A DNA stretch of 64,000 nt from Acidobacteriota bacterium (GTDB taxonomy: Bacteria > Acidobacteriota > Thermoanaerobaculia > UBA5066): contig JARXKK010000001.1 of NCBI GenBank assembly GCA_030278895.1, positions 16,565 to 80,564 of the forward strand. The letters run 5' to 3'. The translations under genes were made by a program, and so were the position numbers. Positions 38,265 to 48,316 of the stretch are shown piece after piece. Positions within the stretch are counted from its first letter, which is position 1. Every line of letters starts with the position of its first letter. The notes beneath the pieces were generated by a model. That model had not been told where the DNA came from. It made no database searches and saw nothing but the letters and a program-made list of their open reading frames with translations.

Positions 38265-39864
38265 GCCGCTCGTCGAACGCTTCGGCAAGGACGCGCCCGT
38301 CCATGTCGCGGGCGACGGGCTCGCCCGCGAGGACGAGCAGCGTCGGCGCGAGATCCAGGACGTTCGCGGACGTGAGCCGCACCCCCGACCGCACTCCGGC
38401 GCCCGAGAAGAGAACGAATCCATCGCGCGCGGCATCGGGGCTCGCGGCGGGTGTTTTTCCGCGCAGGAACCGCGCGACGGCCTCGAGCGTCGGCGGCGGC
38501 CCCCACGAGGCCGGAGCGAAGAGGCAGATCGTGCGATCCTGGCCCTCGCGTTCCAGGATCTCCCCCAGCAGGTCGTCGAGAAACCGGTAGTAGGCGCGAA
38601 GCGCGGCGGCTCGCGCGTCGGCCTCCGGGACGGAGAGGCCCCAGTAACGTGCGTTGCCCGCGGCTCCGAAGAGCCCGCTCACCTCCGCGAGGCCCGCGAG
38701 AACGACGGCCGAGACATTTCGCGGGCCGCCCGGCAGCGCCGCGAGAGCCGCCCCGGTGACCGTGAGATCGCGCGCGGCTCCGCGGAGGGGGGAGAGTCGA
38801 GCTTCACCCCTCGCAAGTCCGTCCGGAACGAGCGCGCGCGCGAGCGGCCGGTCGAGGCCGTCGGGCGAGACGCGAAAGAGCCGTGCCCGTGCGGCGGCCT
38901 CGACGGGGAGCGCCGTGTTCCCGGCCGCGCTCCCCTCGAAAAAGGCGTCGCTCGCCCAGAGGACGAGCCCCTCCCGCGCCGGCGAAGACGCGGGCCAGCC
39001 GAGGACCGCCGCCTCGTGGCCGCGCGAGGCGAGAATCTCCCAGAACGTCAGGCTGCGGCGCGCCGCCGCCGCATCTGCCGCCGGATGCGTGCGTCCCGGC
39101 ATCGCCAAGCCGGGCAGAACGGGGAGGAGGCGGAGCGTTCCCAGGGGCGTCTCCCAGCGACGCGACGACACGACGCCGTGCTTCAGGGGCCGTTTGCCCG
39201 TCGCGGCCGTCGTCCAGAGCGCAGCCCTGTCGTACGGAGAGAGAGCGGCCAGCGGGCCGGCCGCTCCCTCGCGCAGGAGCCGGGCGACCACCGGCATCGC
39301 CCCCTCCGAAGCGTAAGCCGTGAGGAGGTCCCACGACGCCCCCTCGAATCCGACGACGAGGAGGTTCCGCCGCGGCGCGCGGAGGGGAGCGGTCGCGGGC
39401 CCGGGCGCCGGGCGCTCCGGCGCGCGCCGGCCCACAGCGGGCGCGAGCAGGAAGAGGGCGAGCGAGATCGAAAGCGTCCCGGCGTTGGGCCCGCCGCGCA
39501 AGGCGCGGGCCGCGAGGACGGCCGCAGAAAGAAACGCGGCCAGGGCCGTCGCGACGAGCACACGCCGGACCCCGGAAGGGACGAAGTCGTGGAGCGCCTG
39601 CCGCTGGAACTCGACGAACACGCCGAACGCCGCGAGCAGGACGGCGCTCCAGGCCGCGCCGGCGCGCGAAGGGCGTCTGGCTCGCGACAGGAGGACGAGA
39701 GGCGAGGCGAGGATCGCTCCCGAAGCGGCGGCGACAAAGAGAAGGCGCGCGGCCGGAAGGAATTGCAGGAGCTCCGGATTGAGACCCAGCAGCAGGTCGC
39801 CCGCCGCGAGGCCGAAGAGCGCGCCTCCGAGAGGAAGGTGGTACGCCGGTCTGCCCTCGCTCAT
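38206..39864 (-). CDS. polytopic membrane protein with C-terminal alkaline-phosphatase-superfamily (type I phosphodiesterase-like) domain
   Basis: The N-terminal ~170 aa has 5-6 TM helices, then LLVVGFEGASWDLL and a long soluble domain. The start was set at ATG (MSEGRPAYHL); the upstream part of the track ORF is an R-rich artefact. Confidence 0.55.
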   Translation of the reverse strand: MSEGRPAYHLPLGGALFGLAAGDLLLGLNPELLQFLPAARLLFVAAASGAILASPLVLLSRARRPSRAGAAWSAVLLAAFGVFVEFQRQALHDFVPSGVRRVLVATALAAFLSAAVLAARALRGGPNAGTLSISLALFLLAPAVGRRAPERPAPGPATAPLRAPRRNLLVVGFEGASWDLLTAYASEGAMPVVARLLREGAAGPLAALSPYDRAALWTTAATGKRPLKHGVVSSRRWETPLGTLRLLPVLPGLAMPGRTHPAADAAAARRSLTFWEILASRGHEAAVLGWPASSPAREGLVLWASDAFFEGSAAGNTALPVEAAARARLFRVSPDGLDRPLARALVPDGLARGEARLSPLRGAARDLTVTGAALAALPGGPRNVSAVVLAGLAEVSGLFGAAGNARYWGLSVPEADARAAALRAYYRFLDDLLGEILEREGQDRTICLFAPASWGPPPTLEAVARFLRGKTPAASPDAARDGFVLFSGAGVRSGVRLTSANVLDLAPTLLVLAGEPVARDMDGRVLAEAFDERLTESASVPIVSTFEAAGPQ

Positions 39865-39897
39865 AATCCGCGCCCGGCGAGTGTCGCCCTCTTCCCG

Positions 39898-40704
39898 ATG
39901 GCCGTCAACGAATCCCTCCGCGTCCTCAGGACGACTCATTACGACGAACAGCACTACTCGCTGTTTCTGTCGGCGGGCTCGATCGGCCCGGCCACGCGGC
40001 CGGGACACTTCGCGATGATTCAGGCCGGCGAGGGGCTGCGCCCGTATCTCCGCCGCGCGTTCTCCATCGCCGACGTCACCACGGTCGCGGGCGTGCCCGC
40101 GCTGGAGTTCGTCGTCAAGGTGGTCGGCGTCGGGACGGCCGCGCTCGCGCGTTTCGCCGAAGGGACGCCGCTCCCGGTCCTCGGCCCGCTCGGCGTGCCG
40201 TTCCCGATCGACGACCTCCTCCCCACGGACCGCGTCGCCCTCGTCGCCGGCGGGATAGGCCTCGCGCCCCTCGTCCTCCTCGCCCGGACGCTCGCCGCCC
40301 GCGGGATCGCCGCCGACCTTTTCTACGGCGGACGCAACGAGAACGACATCCTGAAGAGGCCCGAGTTCGAGCGATTCCTCGGCTCCCACCGGTGCCGCTA
40401 CGCGACGGACGACGGTTCGCTCGGACGGCGGGGCCTCGTCACCGACCTTTTCACGCATGCGCTCGCCGGCGGCGCGCGTTACCGCCGCGCCTACGCCTGC
40501 GGCCCACTGCCGATGTTCCGCGCGCTCACCCGGCTTCTCGCGGACGCGGAGCTCGAAGGCTCGTTCGCGATGGAGTCCGAGATGGCCTGCGGCTTCGGCG
40601 TCTGCCTCGGCTGCGTCGTTCCGATGGCCGACGGGCGCTTCGCGACGATCTGCAAGGAAGGGCCGTGCGTCGCGCCCAGCCGGATCGACTGGACCCGGCT
40701 ATGA
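39898..40704 (+). CDS. pyrK: dihydroorotate dehydrogenase electron-transfer subunit
   Basis: FAD/NAD-binding ferredoxin-reductase fold and the C-terminal 2Fe-2S motif MACGFGVCLGCVV. Confidence 0.85.
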   Translation: MAVNESLRVLRTTHYDEQHYSLFLSAGSIGPATRPGHFAMIQAGEGLRPYLRRAFSIADVTTVAGVPALEFVVKVVGVGTAALARFAEGTPLPVLGPLGVPFPIDDLLPTDRVALVAGGIGLAPLVLLARTLAARGIAADLFYGGRNENDILKRPEFERFLGSHRCRYATDDGSLGRRGLVTDLFTHALAGGARYRRAYACGPLPMFRALTRLLADAELEGSFAMESEMACGFGVCLGCVVPMADGRFATICKEGPCVAPSRIDWTRL

Positions 40705-40717
40705 CCGAAAAGGCGCC

Positions 40718-41662
40718 ATGAAGGTCGACCTTTCGACGCCCTTCGGCCGGCTGCGCCTCAAGAATCCGATCGGTACGGCCTCGGGCACCTTCGGCTACGG
40801 CCTCGAGTTCGCCGAGTACCTCGACCTCGCGGCGCTCGGGGCGATCTCGGTCAAGGGGCTCTCGCGCCGCCCGTGCCACGGCAATCCGCCTCCGCGCATC
40901 TGCGAGACGGACGCGGGGATGCTGAACGCGATCGGCCTCCAGAACGTCGGCGTGGACGCCTTTCTCGCGGACAAGCTCCCTGAGCTCGCGCGGCTCGGCG
41001 CAACCGTTATCGCGAACGTCTGGGGAGACACCGAGGACGACTACGTGGCCGTCGTCGAGCGCATCGGTGCGGATCGGCGCATCGCCGCCATCGAGATGAA
41101 CGTCTCCTGCCCGAACGTGGTCAAGGGCGGGATGATCTTCGGGAACAACCCCGATGCGCTCGCGGGCCTCGTGAAGAGGATCCGCGCGGCGACCCGCCAT
41201 CCGCTCATCGTCAAGCTCTCTCCTAACGTGACGGACATCGTGGCTTCCGCGCGCGCCGCCGTGGACGCCGGAGCGGACGCCCTCTCCCTGATCAACACGC
41301 TCGTCGGCCTCGCGATCGACATCGAGCGCCGCGAGCCGAAGATCGGGTTCACGACCGGCGGCCTTTCGGGGCCCGCGATTCGCCCCGTCGCCCTGCGCAT
41401 GGTGTGGGAAGTGAGAACGGCGCTCCCGAAGGTGCCGATCTTCGGGATGGGCGGCATCGAGACCGTCGAACACGTCGTCGAGTTCCTCATCGCCGGCGCG
41501 AACGCCGTGCAGATCGGCACCGCGAACTTCCGGGATCCCTCGCTCGCGGGCCGTCTCGTGAAGGAACTGTCGGTGTGGTGCGCGGATCACGGCGTCGCGC
41601 GCGTCTCCGATCTCGTCGGCACCCTGAAGACGCGGCCCCGGCCCGACCACTTCTTCTCATGA
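40718..41662 (+). CDS. pyrD: dihydroorotate dehydrogenase catalytic subunit (class 1B)
   Basis: [35 protein letters not shown] and the FMN-binding core are present. Confidence 0.9.
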   Translation: MKVDLSTPFGRLRLKNPIGTASGTFGYGLEFAEYLDLAALGAISVKGLSRRPCHGNPPPRICETDAGMLNAIGLQNVGVDAFLADKLPELARLGATVIANVWGDTEDDYVAVVERIGADRRIAAIEMNVSCPNVVKGGMIFGNNPDALAGLVKRIRAATRHPLIVKLSPNVTDIVASARAAVDAGADALSLINTLVGLAIDIERREPKIGFTTGGLSGPAIRPVALRMVWEVRTALPKVPIFGMGGIETVEHVVEFLIAGANAVQIGTANFRDPSLAGRLVKELSVWCADHGVARVSDLVGTLKTRPRPDHFFS

Positions 41663-41669
41663 GCCGGTC

Positions 41670-42431
41670 ATGAGCCGGACCGACGCGGCACGGGGACGGC
41701 TCGCCGTCGCGCTGGACCTGCCCGATGGGGCCCAGATCCTCGCGATGGCGCGCCGCGTCGCCCCTGAAGCCGGTTTCCTGAAGCTGGGGCTCGAGGCATT
41801 CGTGGCCGAGGGGCCTTCCCTCGTGCGGGAGATCGCCCGATCCCGGGCCGGTGTCTTCCTCGACCTGAAGCTCCACGACATCCCGAACACCGTCGGCCGC
41901 TCCGCCGCCGCCGCGGTTCGTACCGGCGCCACGATCGTGAACTGCCATGCCGCGGGCGGCGCCGAGATGATGAAAGCGTTCGGCGAAGACGGCCGCGCCG
42001 CCGCCGCGAAGGCGGGCCTCCCCGCGCCGAGGCTCATCGCCGTGACGATTCTGACGTCCCTCGACGCCGCCGCGGTTCACGCGGTCGGGCTCACCGGGTC
42101 TCCCCGCGAGGCCGCGCTCCGGCTCGCGGTCCTCGCGCAAAGCGCAGGCCTCGACGGCGTCGTGTGCTCCGCGGAGGAGATCACGGCGATCCGCGCCGCG
42201 TGCGGGCGGGATTTTCTCCTCGTCGTTCCCGGCGTGCGCCCCACGGGCGCGGCGTCGGGCGACCAGAAACGCGTCGCGACGCCAGGCGAAGCGATCCGCG
42301 CGGGCGCGGACGTTCTCGTCGTGGGCCGCCCGATCACGGGCGCACCCGATCCCGCCGTCGCTGCGCGCGCGATCGTCGCCGAGATCGCAGCGGCGTTTCC
42401 GCCGCCGGACATCGGCCTCACTCCACCTTGA
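41670..42431 (+). CDS. pyrF: orotidine-5'-phosphate decarboxylase
   Basis: [19 protein letters not shown] and VVGRPIT motifs are present. Confidence 0.85.
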   Translation: MSRTDAARGRLAVALDLPDGAQILAMARRVAPEAGFLKLGLEAFVAEGPSLVREIARSRAGVFLDLKLHDIPNTVGRSAAAAVRTGATIVNCHAAGGAEMMKAFGEDGRAAAAKAGLPAPRLIAVTILTSLDAAAVHAVGLTGSPREAALRLAVLAQSAGLDGVVCSAEEITAIRAACGRDFLLVVPGVRPTGAASGDQKRVATPGEAIRAGADVLVVGRPITGAPDPAVAARAIVAEIAAAFPPPDIGLTPP

Positions 42432-42750
42432 TCTTCTCGTAACGGGAAGGCTTCCCGCCCGCCCCCGCGGCACGTTCGGCGAGGGCGATCTCCTCGTCGA
42501 GGAAATCGCGGAGAGCCTTCATGAACTCGATGCCCGAGGTCGCCGCACGGGAGAGCGAGCTCCCGTGCCCCCGCGCGAGGCGCAGCGAGAATTTCCCCAC
42601 GAGGTCGGCCGCGGGCTTGAAGAGGCAGCCGTCTCCCGCGCAGGCGAGGCCCGGAATGGGCCCCGATGTCGGGCGCGCTCCGTCCTTCTCCCCGCGGACC
42701 CCGGGGCCGAAATCGTTCTCGAGCGGGTCCTTCTTGGTTCTCCTCGCCAT
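42418..42750 (-). CDS. hypothetical small protein, translationally coupled to the ArsA-like ATPase
   Basis: Its ATG overlaps the ATPase stop (ATGA). 110 aa, no recognisable motif. Confidence 0.45.
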   Translation of the reverse strand: MARRTKKDPLENDFGPGVRGEKDGARPTSGPIPGLACAGDGCLFKPAADLVGKFSLRLARGHGSSLSRAATSGIEFMKALRDFLDEEIALAERAAGAGGKPSRYEKIKVE

Positions 42751-43943
42751 CAGCGTGCCTCCGGACCCGTGAAGCGTACCGTGAGCCGTCCGTCCTCCAC
42801 CTTTGCGCCGCTCGGCGCGTGGCCCGCGAGCATGCGCGGCACCGGGATGTGGTGACGCACGTTTCCGATCCGGACGATGAGGTCTCCCGAGGCCATCGCG
42901 AGGTCGACTTCGTGCTTGTCGACGAACGGCAGATCGAGCGTGAGGACGTACTTGCCGTTCTTCTTCGCGTACCGGTACGGCGGGTCCGAGCGGAAGGAGT
43001 CGGCTGGGTTCTTCGCCGCCCAGAGGTCCCGTCCGAGCGCGACGAGCGCCGCGGAGCCGAGCACCTGGTCGTCCCGGAGCGGCAGCGTAAAGATCGGAAC
43101 CGGATCGAAGTAGCCGCGCGCCTCCTCGAGAAACTGCGCCTGAGTCTTACGCCATTTGTCGAAGAACGGATCGTGGACGCCGTCCGGCAGGAGCCGATTC
43201 ACGATGACGGCGTCCACCGTGAACCCGTAAAGGCCGAAGTACATGAAGGCGCGTTGCGTCTCCTTGATGACGATCTTCTCCGCGTTCGTCACGAGGCGGA
43301 CGGTCGTCGTCTTCGGGTCCTTCAGGAGTGCATCCACCCCTTCGAGCTTCTGCGCGAGGGACTGGACGTTGTCGAAGTAGCGGTCTGGCGGAAGGGGAAG
43401 GTCGGTCATCTTCTTGGCGACGGGGCGCGCGACCTTGAGGATCGACCGCTCGAGCCGGAAGAGCTTCTTCATGTACCAGTCGAGCGTCGGCGGGAGCGAG
43501 ACGAACCGGAGAGATTCCCCCGTGGGCGCGCAGTCGAGAATGAGGACGTCGAACGCCTTCTCACGCGCGTACTGGTTGACGTAAAGGAGCGCCGACACCT
43601 CCTCCATGCCCGGGAAGATCGCGAGCTCCTCGGCGAGGACTTCCTCGACGCCCGTGACCGCGAGAAGCGTCGTGATGTACCCCGAGATGTCCTTCCAGTG
43701 GCGGCCGATTTCCTCGGTGACGTCGACCTCCTGGATCCAGAGGTTCTCGGAGACGGCGACGGTCGTCCCGTGCGCGTGGTCGGTGAGAGCGACGTCGCGG
43801 TCGAAAGCGTCCGCGAGCGAGTGAGCCGCGTCCACGGACATGACGAGCGTCTTGAGGCCGCGCGCCGCCAGGACGAGCCCCGTCGCGGCCGCCACCGTCG
43901 TCTTGCCGACGCCGCCCTTTCCCGTGAAGAGGAGGATCCGCAT
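42750..43943 (-). CDS. ArsA/GET3-family P-loop ATPase with C-terminal Hsp20/alpha-crystallin-like domain
   Basis: Walker A FTGKGGVGKTT follows the start MRILLFTGKGG. The C-terminal ~90 aa (..YVLTLDLPFVDKHEVDLAMASGDLIVRIGNVRHHIPVP..) is Hsp20/CS-like. The ATG chosen matches the family N-terminus; the track TTG 43994 is the alternative. Confidence 0.8.
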   Translation of the reverse strand: MRILLFTGKGGVGKTTVAAATGLVLAARGLKTLVMSVDAAHSLADAFDRDVALTDHAHGTTVAVSENLWIQEVDVTEEIGRHWKDISGYITTLLAVTGVEEVLAEELAIFPGMEEVSALLYVNQYAREKAFDVLILDCAPTGESLRFVSLPPTLDWYMKKLFRLERSILKVARPVAKKMTDLPLPPDRYFDNVQSLAQKLEGVDALLKDPKTTTVRLVTNAEKIVIKETQRAFMYFGLYGFTVDAVIVNRLLPDGVHDPFFDKWRKTQAQFLEEARGYFDPVPIFTLPLRDDQVLGSAALVALGRDLWAAKNPADSFRSDPPYRYAKKNGKYVLTLDLPFVDKHEVDLAMASGDLIVRIGNVRHHIPVPRMLAGHAPSGAKVEDGRLTVRFTGPEAR

Positions 43944-43953
43944 CGAAGGGATG

Positions 43954-44937
43954 TTACGCGGAAGGCACGCTCCGGCTCCCCGCCGCACATGCAACCCAGG
44001 CGAGAAGCAGGGCCGCGTAACCGTCGATCGCGTAGTGCCAGCCGCTCACGACCGCCGTGAAGAACGTGACGGCCGTGAGGACGGCGTAGAGGAGGAAGAG
44101 CACCCGCGACCGCTTGCGCGCGAAGAACATCAGGAAAGCCTGCGCGGCGACGTGAAGTGAGGGCATGGCCGCGATTCCGAGGTACGGAGAGAGATCCGTC
44201 CCTTCCGGGTGTCGGCGGAAGGCGCGCATGCGGCCATAGTGCGCGAAGAGAAGGTTCATCGTGGCGGATTGCTCCGGCATCGCCGCGCGGACCTCCGTGT
44301 AGTCGTCCGTGAGGACGTAGCACGGCCCGAGGGACGGGACCGCGAAGTAGAACCACGACCCGAGGATCCACAGGAACGAAAAGCCCGCGGCAAAACGCGC
44401 GCGGTCGCGGATCGAGAGCGCCGCCCCGAACCAGCCGACGCCCGTGATGACCGTCAGGATGAAGGCGCCGTAGTAACCGCCGAGGACCCGCCAGAACGCC
44501 GGATACGGGAACAGGCTCTGCAGGAAGCGTCCGGGGTTCACGCCGAAGTGAAGGGCGGTCTCGAGCCGGAAGAGGCCCGCGTCGTAGAGGACGTCGGGCC
44601 GGAGCAGCGGGAGCCCGAGCTTCAGCCAGCTGTAGACGTACGACGTGAGCCCGAGCGCGGCCAGAAAGCGCAGCAGGTCGAAGACGGATCGCGGCCTGAA
44701 GCTGGCGCGGAGGCGCGCCGCCCCGCGCCGCCATCCCCGGCGCGCGGCGAAGAGCGCGCGCAGCGCGATCCCGCCCAGGAGGAACAGGGCCGCGAACGTG
44801 ACGAATTCCCCCATGTCGAGGAGCGTGCGCAGGACGTCGAGGCCGAGCCGCGCGCGGACCCTCAGGAGCAGGACGACGGCCACGAAGTCGGCGAGGAGAA
44901 CGATCTCGTAAAGCCGCGGGCGCGGGGGGCGCCTCAC
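43954..44937 (-). CDS. PAP2-superfamily membrane protein (IPC-synthase/phosphatidic-acid-phosphatase-like)
   Basis: Six TM helices and the PAP2 C2/C3 motifs MPSLHVA and SGWHYAIDG. The GTG start overlaps the hslR stop (GTGA). Confidence 0.6.
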   Translation of the reverse strand: MRRPPRPRLYEIVLLADFVAVVLLLRVRARLGLDVLRTLLDMGEFVTFAALFLLGGIALRALFAARRGWRRGAARLRASFRPRSVFDLLRFLAALGLTSYVYSWLKLGLPLLRPDVLYDAGLFRLETALHFGVNPGRFLQSLFPYPAFWRVLGGYYGAFILTVITGVGWFGAALSIRDRARFAAGFSFLWILGSWFYFAVPSLGPCYVLTDDYTEVRAAMPEQSATMNLLFAHYGRMRAFRRHPEGTDLSPYLGIAAMPSLHVAAQAFLMFFARKRSRVLFLLYAVLTAVTFFTAVVSGWHYAIDGYAALLLAWVACAAGSRSVPSA

Positions 44938-45347
44938 CAGCCGCGCGCCTTGTCCCGGTCGCGTCGCTCTTTCTTGGACAGCTTGCCGCCCTTCTCGTCC
45001 CGGCGGGGCGCGAGCAGGCGCTCGAGCCGCCGGGCCTCGAGAACCTCGGGGGGGAGAGGCGGCGTCGTTTCCTCGTAAAGGAGCCGGGCCTGGGCCTTCG
45101 GAATGCTTCTCTCGACGAGACCCTTTACGACGAACGTCCGCCGATCGCGCGCGAACGTGATTTCGAGCCGGTCGCGAACGCGCAGCAGCTTGTGGGCCGC
45201 GGCCGCGTGACCGTTCAGGTGCACCTTGCCCCCCGTGCACGCCGCGGCCGCCTGCGAACGCGTCGGAAAGAGGCACGAGACGTCCAGCCACACGTCGAGG
45301 CGGATCTCGTTGAGCGGCGGCGTTTCTTCGTCGGTTCGGGGTGGCAC
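44934..45347 (-). CDS. hslR: ribosome-associated heat-shock protein Hsp15 (S4 RNA-binding domain)
   Basis: IRLDVWLDVSCLFPTRSQAAAACTGGKVHLNGH...LLYEETT matches E. coli HslR (VRLDKWLWAARFYKTRALAREMIEGGKVHYNG). Confidence 0.8.
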   Translation of the reverse strand: MPPRTDEETPPLNEIRLDVWLDVSCLFPTRSQAAAACTGGKVHLNGHAAAAHKLLRVRDRLEITFARDRRTFVVKGLVERSIPKAQARLLYEETTPPLPPEVLEARRLERLLAPRRDEKGGKLSKKERRDRDKARGW

Positions 45348-45715
45348 TAGAAGACGGGTTTTTCGACCCGCTTGTCGAACCGGTACACGTACTTGTAGCC
45401 GAAGATGTCGACGGTCTGATCGTAGCGGGCGGAGATGGCGATGTAGGCGCCGTTCTTCTCCACGCGGATCGCTTCCATCTTGAGCGGCACCTTCGCGTCC
45501 TGCGCGCGCAGGTAGACGTCCACCTGGAGTTTCTCGAGAGTCTTCAGACCGCCGAAGTTGGCGGCTTCGTTCATCGCATCCAGAACCTCGTTCCCGTGAA
45601 TGTGCAGGGGAACGATGCGGACGCACGCGACGACGACGACGAACAGGACGGCCAGCCCGACGACGAGACCGAAGGCTCCCTCTCCCCTCCGGGCGCTTCT
45701 TGCGGCGTGCCGCAT
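45347..45715 (-). CDS. DUF4845-like small membrane-anchored protein
   Basis: N-terminal TM helix followed by NEVLDAMNEAANFGG; about 120 aa. Confidence 0.5.
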   Translation of the reverse strand: MRHAARSARRGEGAFGLVVGLAVLFVVVVACVRIVPLHIHGNEVLDAMNEAANFGGLKTLEKLQVDVYLRAQDAKVPLKMEAIRVEKNGAYIAISARYDQTVDIFGYKYVYRFDKRVEKPVF

Positions 45716-45751
45716 CGTGTTCTCCTTCCGGCGCGACCGTGCTCGCGCGCT

Positions 45752-46432
45752 CTAGCGAATGACGTGAAAGCTTCGTTCCCAGCGAGTCCGAGTCAAAAAG
45801 TTTAGCGCGGTATCGATCGTACGGCGTAACGCCGCTCCACGGCCCGAAAAAGACCGTGGTCCCTCGCGGACGGACCAGAGAACGACGACGGCGCGGCCTT
45901 CCAGGTGCGCCAGGGGCACGGAGCCCCAGAATCGGGAGTCCTGCGACTCGTCGCGGTTGTCTCCCAGCGCGAAAAATCGGCCCTCCTCGATCTCGATCGG
46001 TCCGAGTCGGTCACGGACCCTCACGGCCGCGGGCGCGTCGGCCCCGAACGTCCTCGCGTCGCGATGCACGGCCCAGGGCTCGATCACGACGTGCCCGCCG
46101 ACCACGAGGCTCTTCGCCTCCACGGCGACCTTGTCTCCCGGCAGACCGACGACGCGCTTCACGAAATCGCGGTCCGGATCGGGCGGATACCGGAAAACGA
46201 CGACGTCTCCGCGCGTCAGGTCCCGATACGGGAGGAGACGCCCCCAGGCGCCCTTGTGCTCGCCGTACGCGAACTTGTTCACGAGAACGTAGTCACCCGC
46301 CAGCACCGTGTCTTCCATCGAGGCGCTCGGCACGTGGTAGATCTGGAAGACGAAGCCCTTGAAGGCCAGGGCGAGAGCGGCGGCCACGAGGACGGCCTCG
46401 GCCGTCTCCACGACGCGCGCCACCCGCGTCAT
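45752..46432 (-). CDS. lepB: signal peptidase I
   Basis: SASMEDTVLAGDYVLVNK and VKRVVGLPGD boxes and the GDNRDESQDSRFWG box are present. Confidence 0.85.
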   Translation of the reverse strand: MTRVARVVETAEAVLVAAALALAFKGFVFQIYHVPSASMEDTVLAGDYVLVNKFAYGEHKGAWGRLLPYRDLTRGDVVVFRYPPDPDRDFVKRVVGLPGDKVAVEAKSLVVGGHVVIEPWAVHRDARTFGADAPAAVRVRDRLGPIEIEEGRFFALGDNRDESQDSRFWGSVPLAHLEGRAVVVLWSVREGPRSFSGRGAALRRTIDTALNFLTRTRWERSFHVIR

Positions 46433-48231
46433 CAGTCGACCTTCAGGACCGCGAGGAAGGCCTCCTGCGGAAGATCGACCCGGCCGACCTTCTTCATGCG
46501 GCGCTTGCCTTCCTTCTGCTTCTCGAGGAGCTTCTTCTTGCGCGTGATGTCGCCGCCGTAGCACTTCGCGATCACGTTCTTGCGCATCGCCCGCACGGTC
46601 GAGCGCGCCAGAATCTTCGAGCCGATCGCCGCCTGGATGACGACCTCGAACATCTGCTGCGGGATCATCTCCTTCATCTTCTCCACGATCGAGCGGCCCT
46701 TCGTCTGCGCCTTGTCGCGGTGGACGATGAACGCGAGGGCGTCCACGGCCTCGCCGTTGATGAGGACGTCGAGCTTTACGAGGTCGCCCGGCCGGTAGTC
46801 GATGAGCTGATAGTCGAACGAGGCGTAGCCCCGGGAGAGCGACTTGAGCTTGTCGTAGAAGTCGAGGATGACCTCGTTCAGCGGGAGCTCGTACTTCAGG
46901 ACGGCGCGCTGCGTCCCCGCGTACTCGAGCGACACCTGCGTGCCCCGCCGTTCCTCGGCCAACGCGAGAATCCCACCGAGAAACTCGTCCTTCGTGATGA
47001 TCGTCGCGAGGATGTATGGCTCCCGGATCACGTCGATCAGCTGGACCTCGGGGAGCTTCACCGGATTCGAGATCTCGAGCTCCTGCCCGCGCGTCGTCTT
47101 CACCCGGTAGGGCACGGACGGCGCCGTCGTGATGAGTGACAGGTTGAATTCGCGCTCGAGGCGCTCCTGGATGATCTCCATGTGGAGAAGGCCCAGATAG
47201 CCGCACCGAAAGCCAAAACCGAGCGCCGTGGACGACTCCGGCTCGAACGTGAACGACGCATCGTTGAGCCGGAGTTTCTCCATGGCATCTCTGAGGTCCT
47301 CGTACGCGTCCGTCTCCGTCGGGAAGATCGACGCGAAGACCATCGGCTTGACGTCCAGGAAGCCGGGGAACGCCTCGCCGGTCGGGTGTTCGGCCTCCGT
47401 GACCGTGTCGCCGATCTTCGCGGCGTGGAGGTCCTTGATGCCCGCGATGACGTAGCCGACCTCGCCCACGGACAGCGCGGGCACGACCAGCGGCTTCGGG
47501 TTGAAGATCCCGACTTCCTGCACCTCGCCGCCGAGACCCGTCCCCATCATCCGGATCTTCATGCCCGGCTTGATCGTCCCTTCGTGGACCCTGACGAGAC
47601 ACGTGACGCCGCGGTAGACGTCGAACCACGAGTCGAAGAGGAGCGCCTTGAGCGGCGCCAGGGGATCGCCCTTCGGCGCCGGGATGTCGTGGACGATCTG
47701 CTCGAGGAGGTCGTGAACGCCCGTCCCGACCTTGCCGGATGTGAGAACGGCATGCCGCGCGGGAATCCCGATGACGTCTTCGATCTGCTCGCGGGCCATC
47801 TCGGGCACGGCCGAGGGCAGGTCGACCTTGTTGATGCACGGGACGATCGTGAGGTTGTTGTGGATCGCGAGGTAGGCGTTCGCGAGCGTCTGCGCCTCGA
47901 CACCCTGCGTGGCGTCGACGACGAGGACCGCGCCCTCGCAGGCGGCGAGCGAGCGCGACACCTCGTAGGTGAAATCCACGTGCCCCGGCGTGTCGATGAG
48001 GTTCAGCGTGTAGTCGAGGCCGTCCTCGGCGCGGTACTTGAGGGTGACCGAGCGCGCCTTGATCGTGATGCCGCGCTCCTTTTCGATCGGGTTGTCGTCG
48101 AGAACCTGCTCCGTCATCTCGCGGGCCGTCAGCGCTCCCGTGATCTCGAGAATCCGGTCCGAAAGCGTCGTCTTCCCATGGTCGATGTGGGCGACGATCG
48201 AGAAATTACGGATGCGCGAGGGGTCGGTCAT
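46432..48231 (-). CDS. lepA: elongation factor 4
   Basis: [20 protein letters not shown] and DTPGHVDF G-domain motifs; full-length 599 aa. Confidence 0.95.
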   Translation of the reverse strand: MTDPSRIRNFSIVAHIDHGKTTLSDRILEITGALTAREMTEQVLDDNPIEKERGITIKARSVTLKYRAEDGLDYTLNLIDTPGHVDFTYEVSRSLAACEGAVLVVDATQGVEAQTLANAYLAIHNNLTIVPCINKVDLPSAVPEMAREQIEDVIGIPARHAVLTSGKVGTGVHDLLEQIVHDIPAPKGDPLAPLKALLFDSWFDVYRGVTCLVRVHEGTIKPGMKIRMMGTGLGGEVQEVGIFNPKPLVVPALSVGEVGYVIAGIKDLHAAKIGDTVTEAEHPTGEAFPGFLDVKPMVFASIFPTETDAYEDLRDAMEKLRLNDASFTFEPESSTALGFGFRCGYLGLLHMEIIQERLEREFNLSLITTAPSVPYRVKTTRGQELEISNPVKLPEVQLIDVIREPYILATIITKDEFLGGILALAEERRGTQVSLEYAGTQRAVLKYELPLNEVILDFYDKLKSLSRGYASFDYQLIDYRPGDLVKLDVLINGEAVDALAFIVHRDKAQTKGRSIVEKMKEMIPQQMFEVVIQAAIGSKILARSTVRAMRKNVIAKCYGGDITRKKKLLEKQKEGKRRMKKVGRVDLPQEAFLAVLKVD

Positions 48232-48316
48232 GAGGGGTCGCGGCGCGAAAGGCGCCGCGGAGCGCGGATTCTAGCGGACAGAGGGCCGGCGCCTATTTCT
48301 CGTGTTTCCCGCCACC

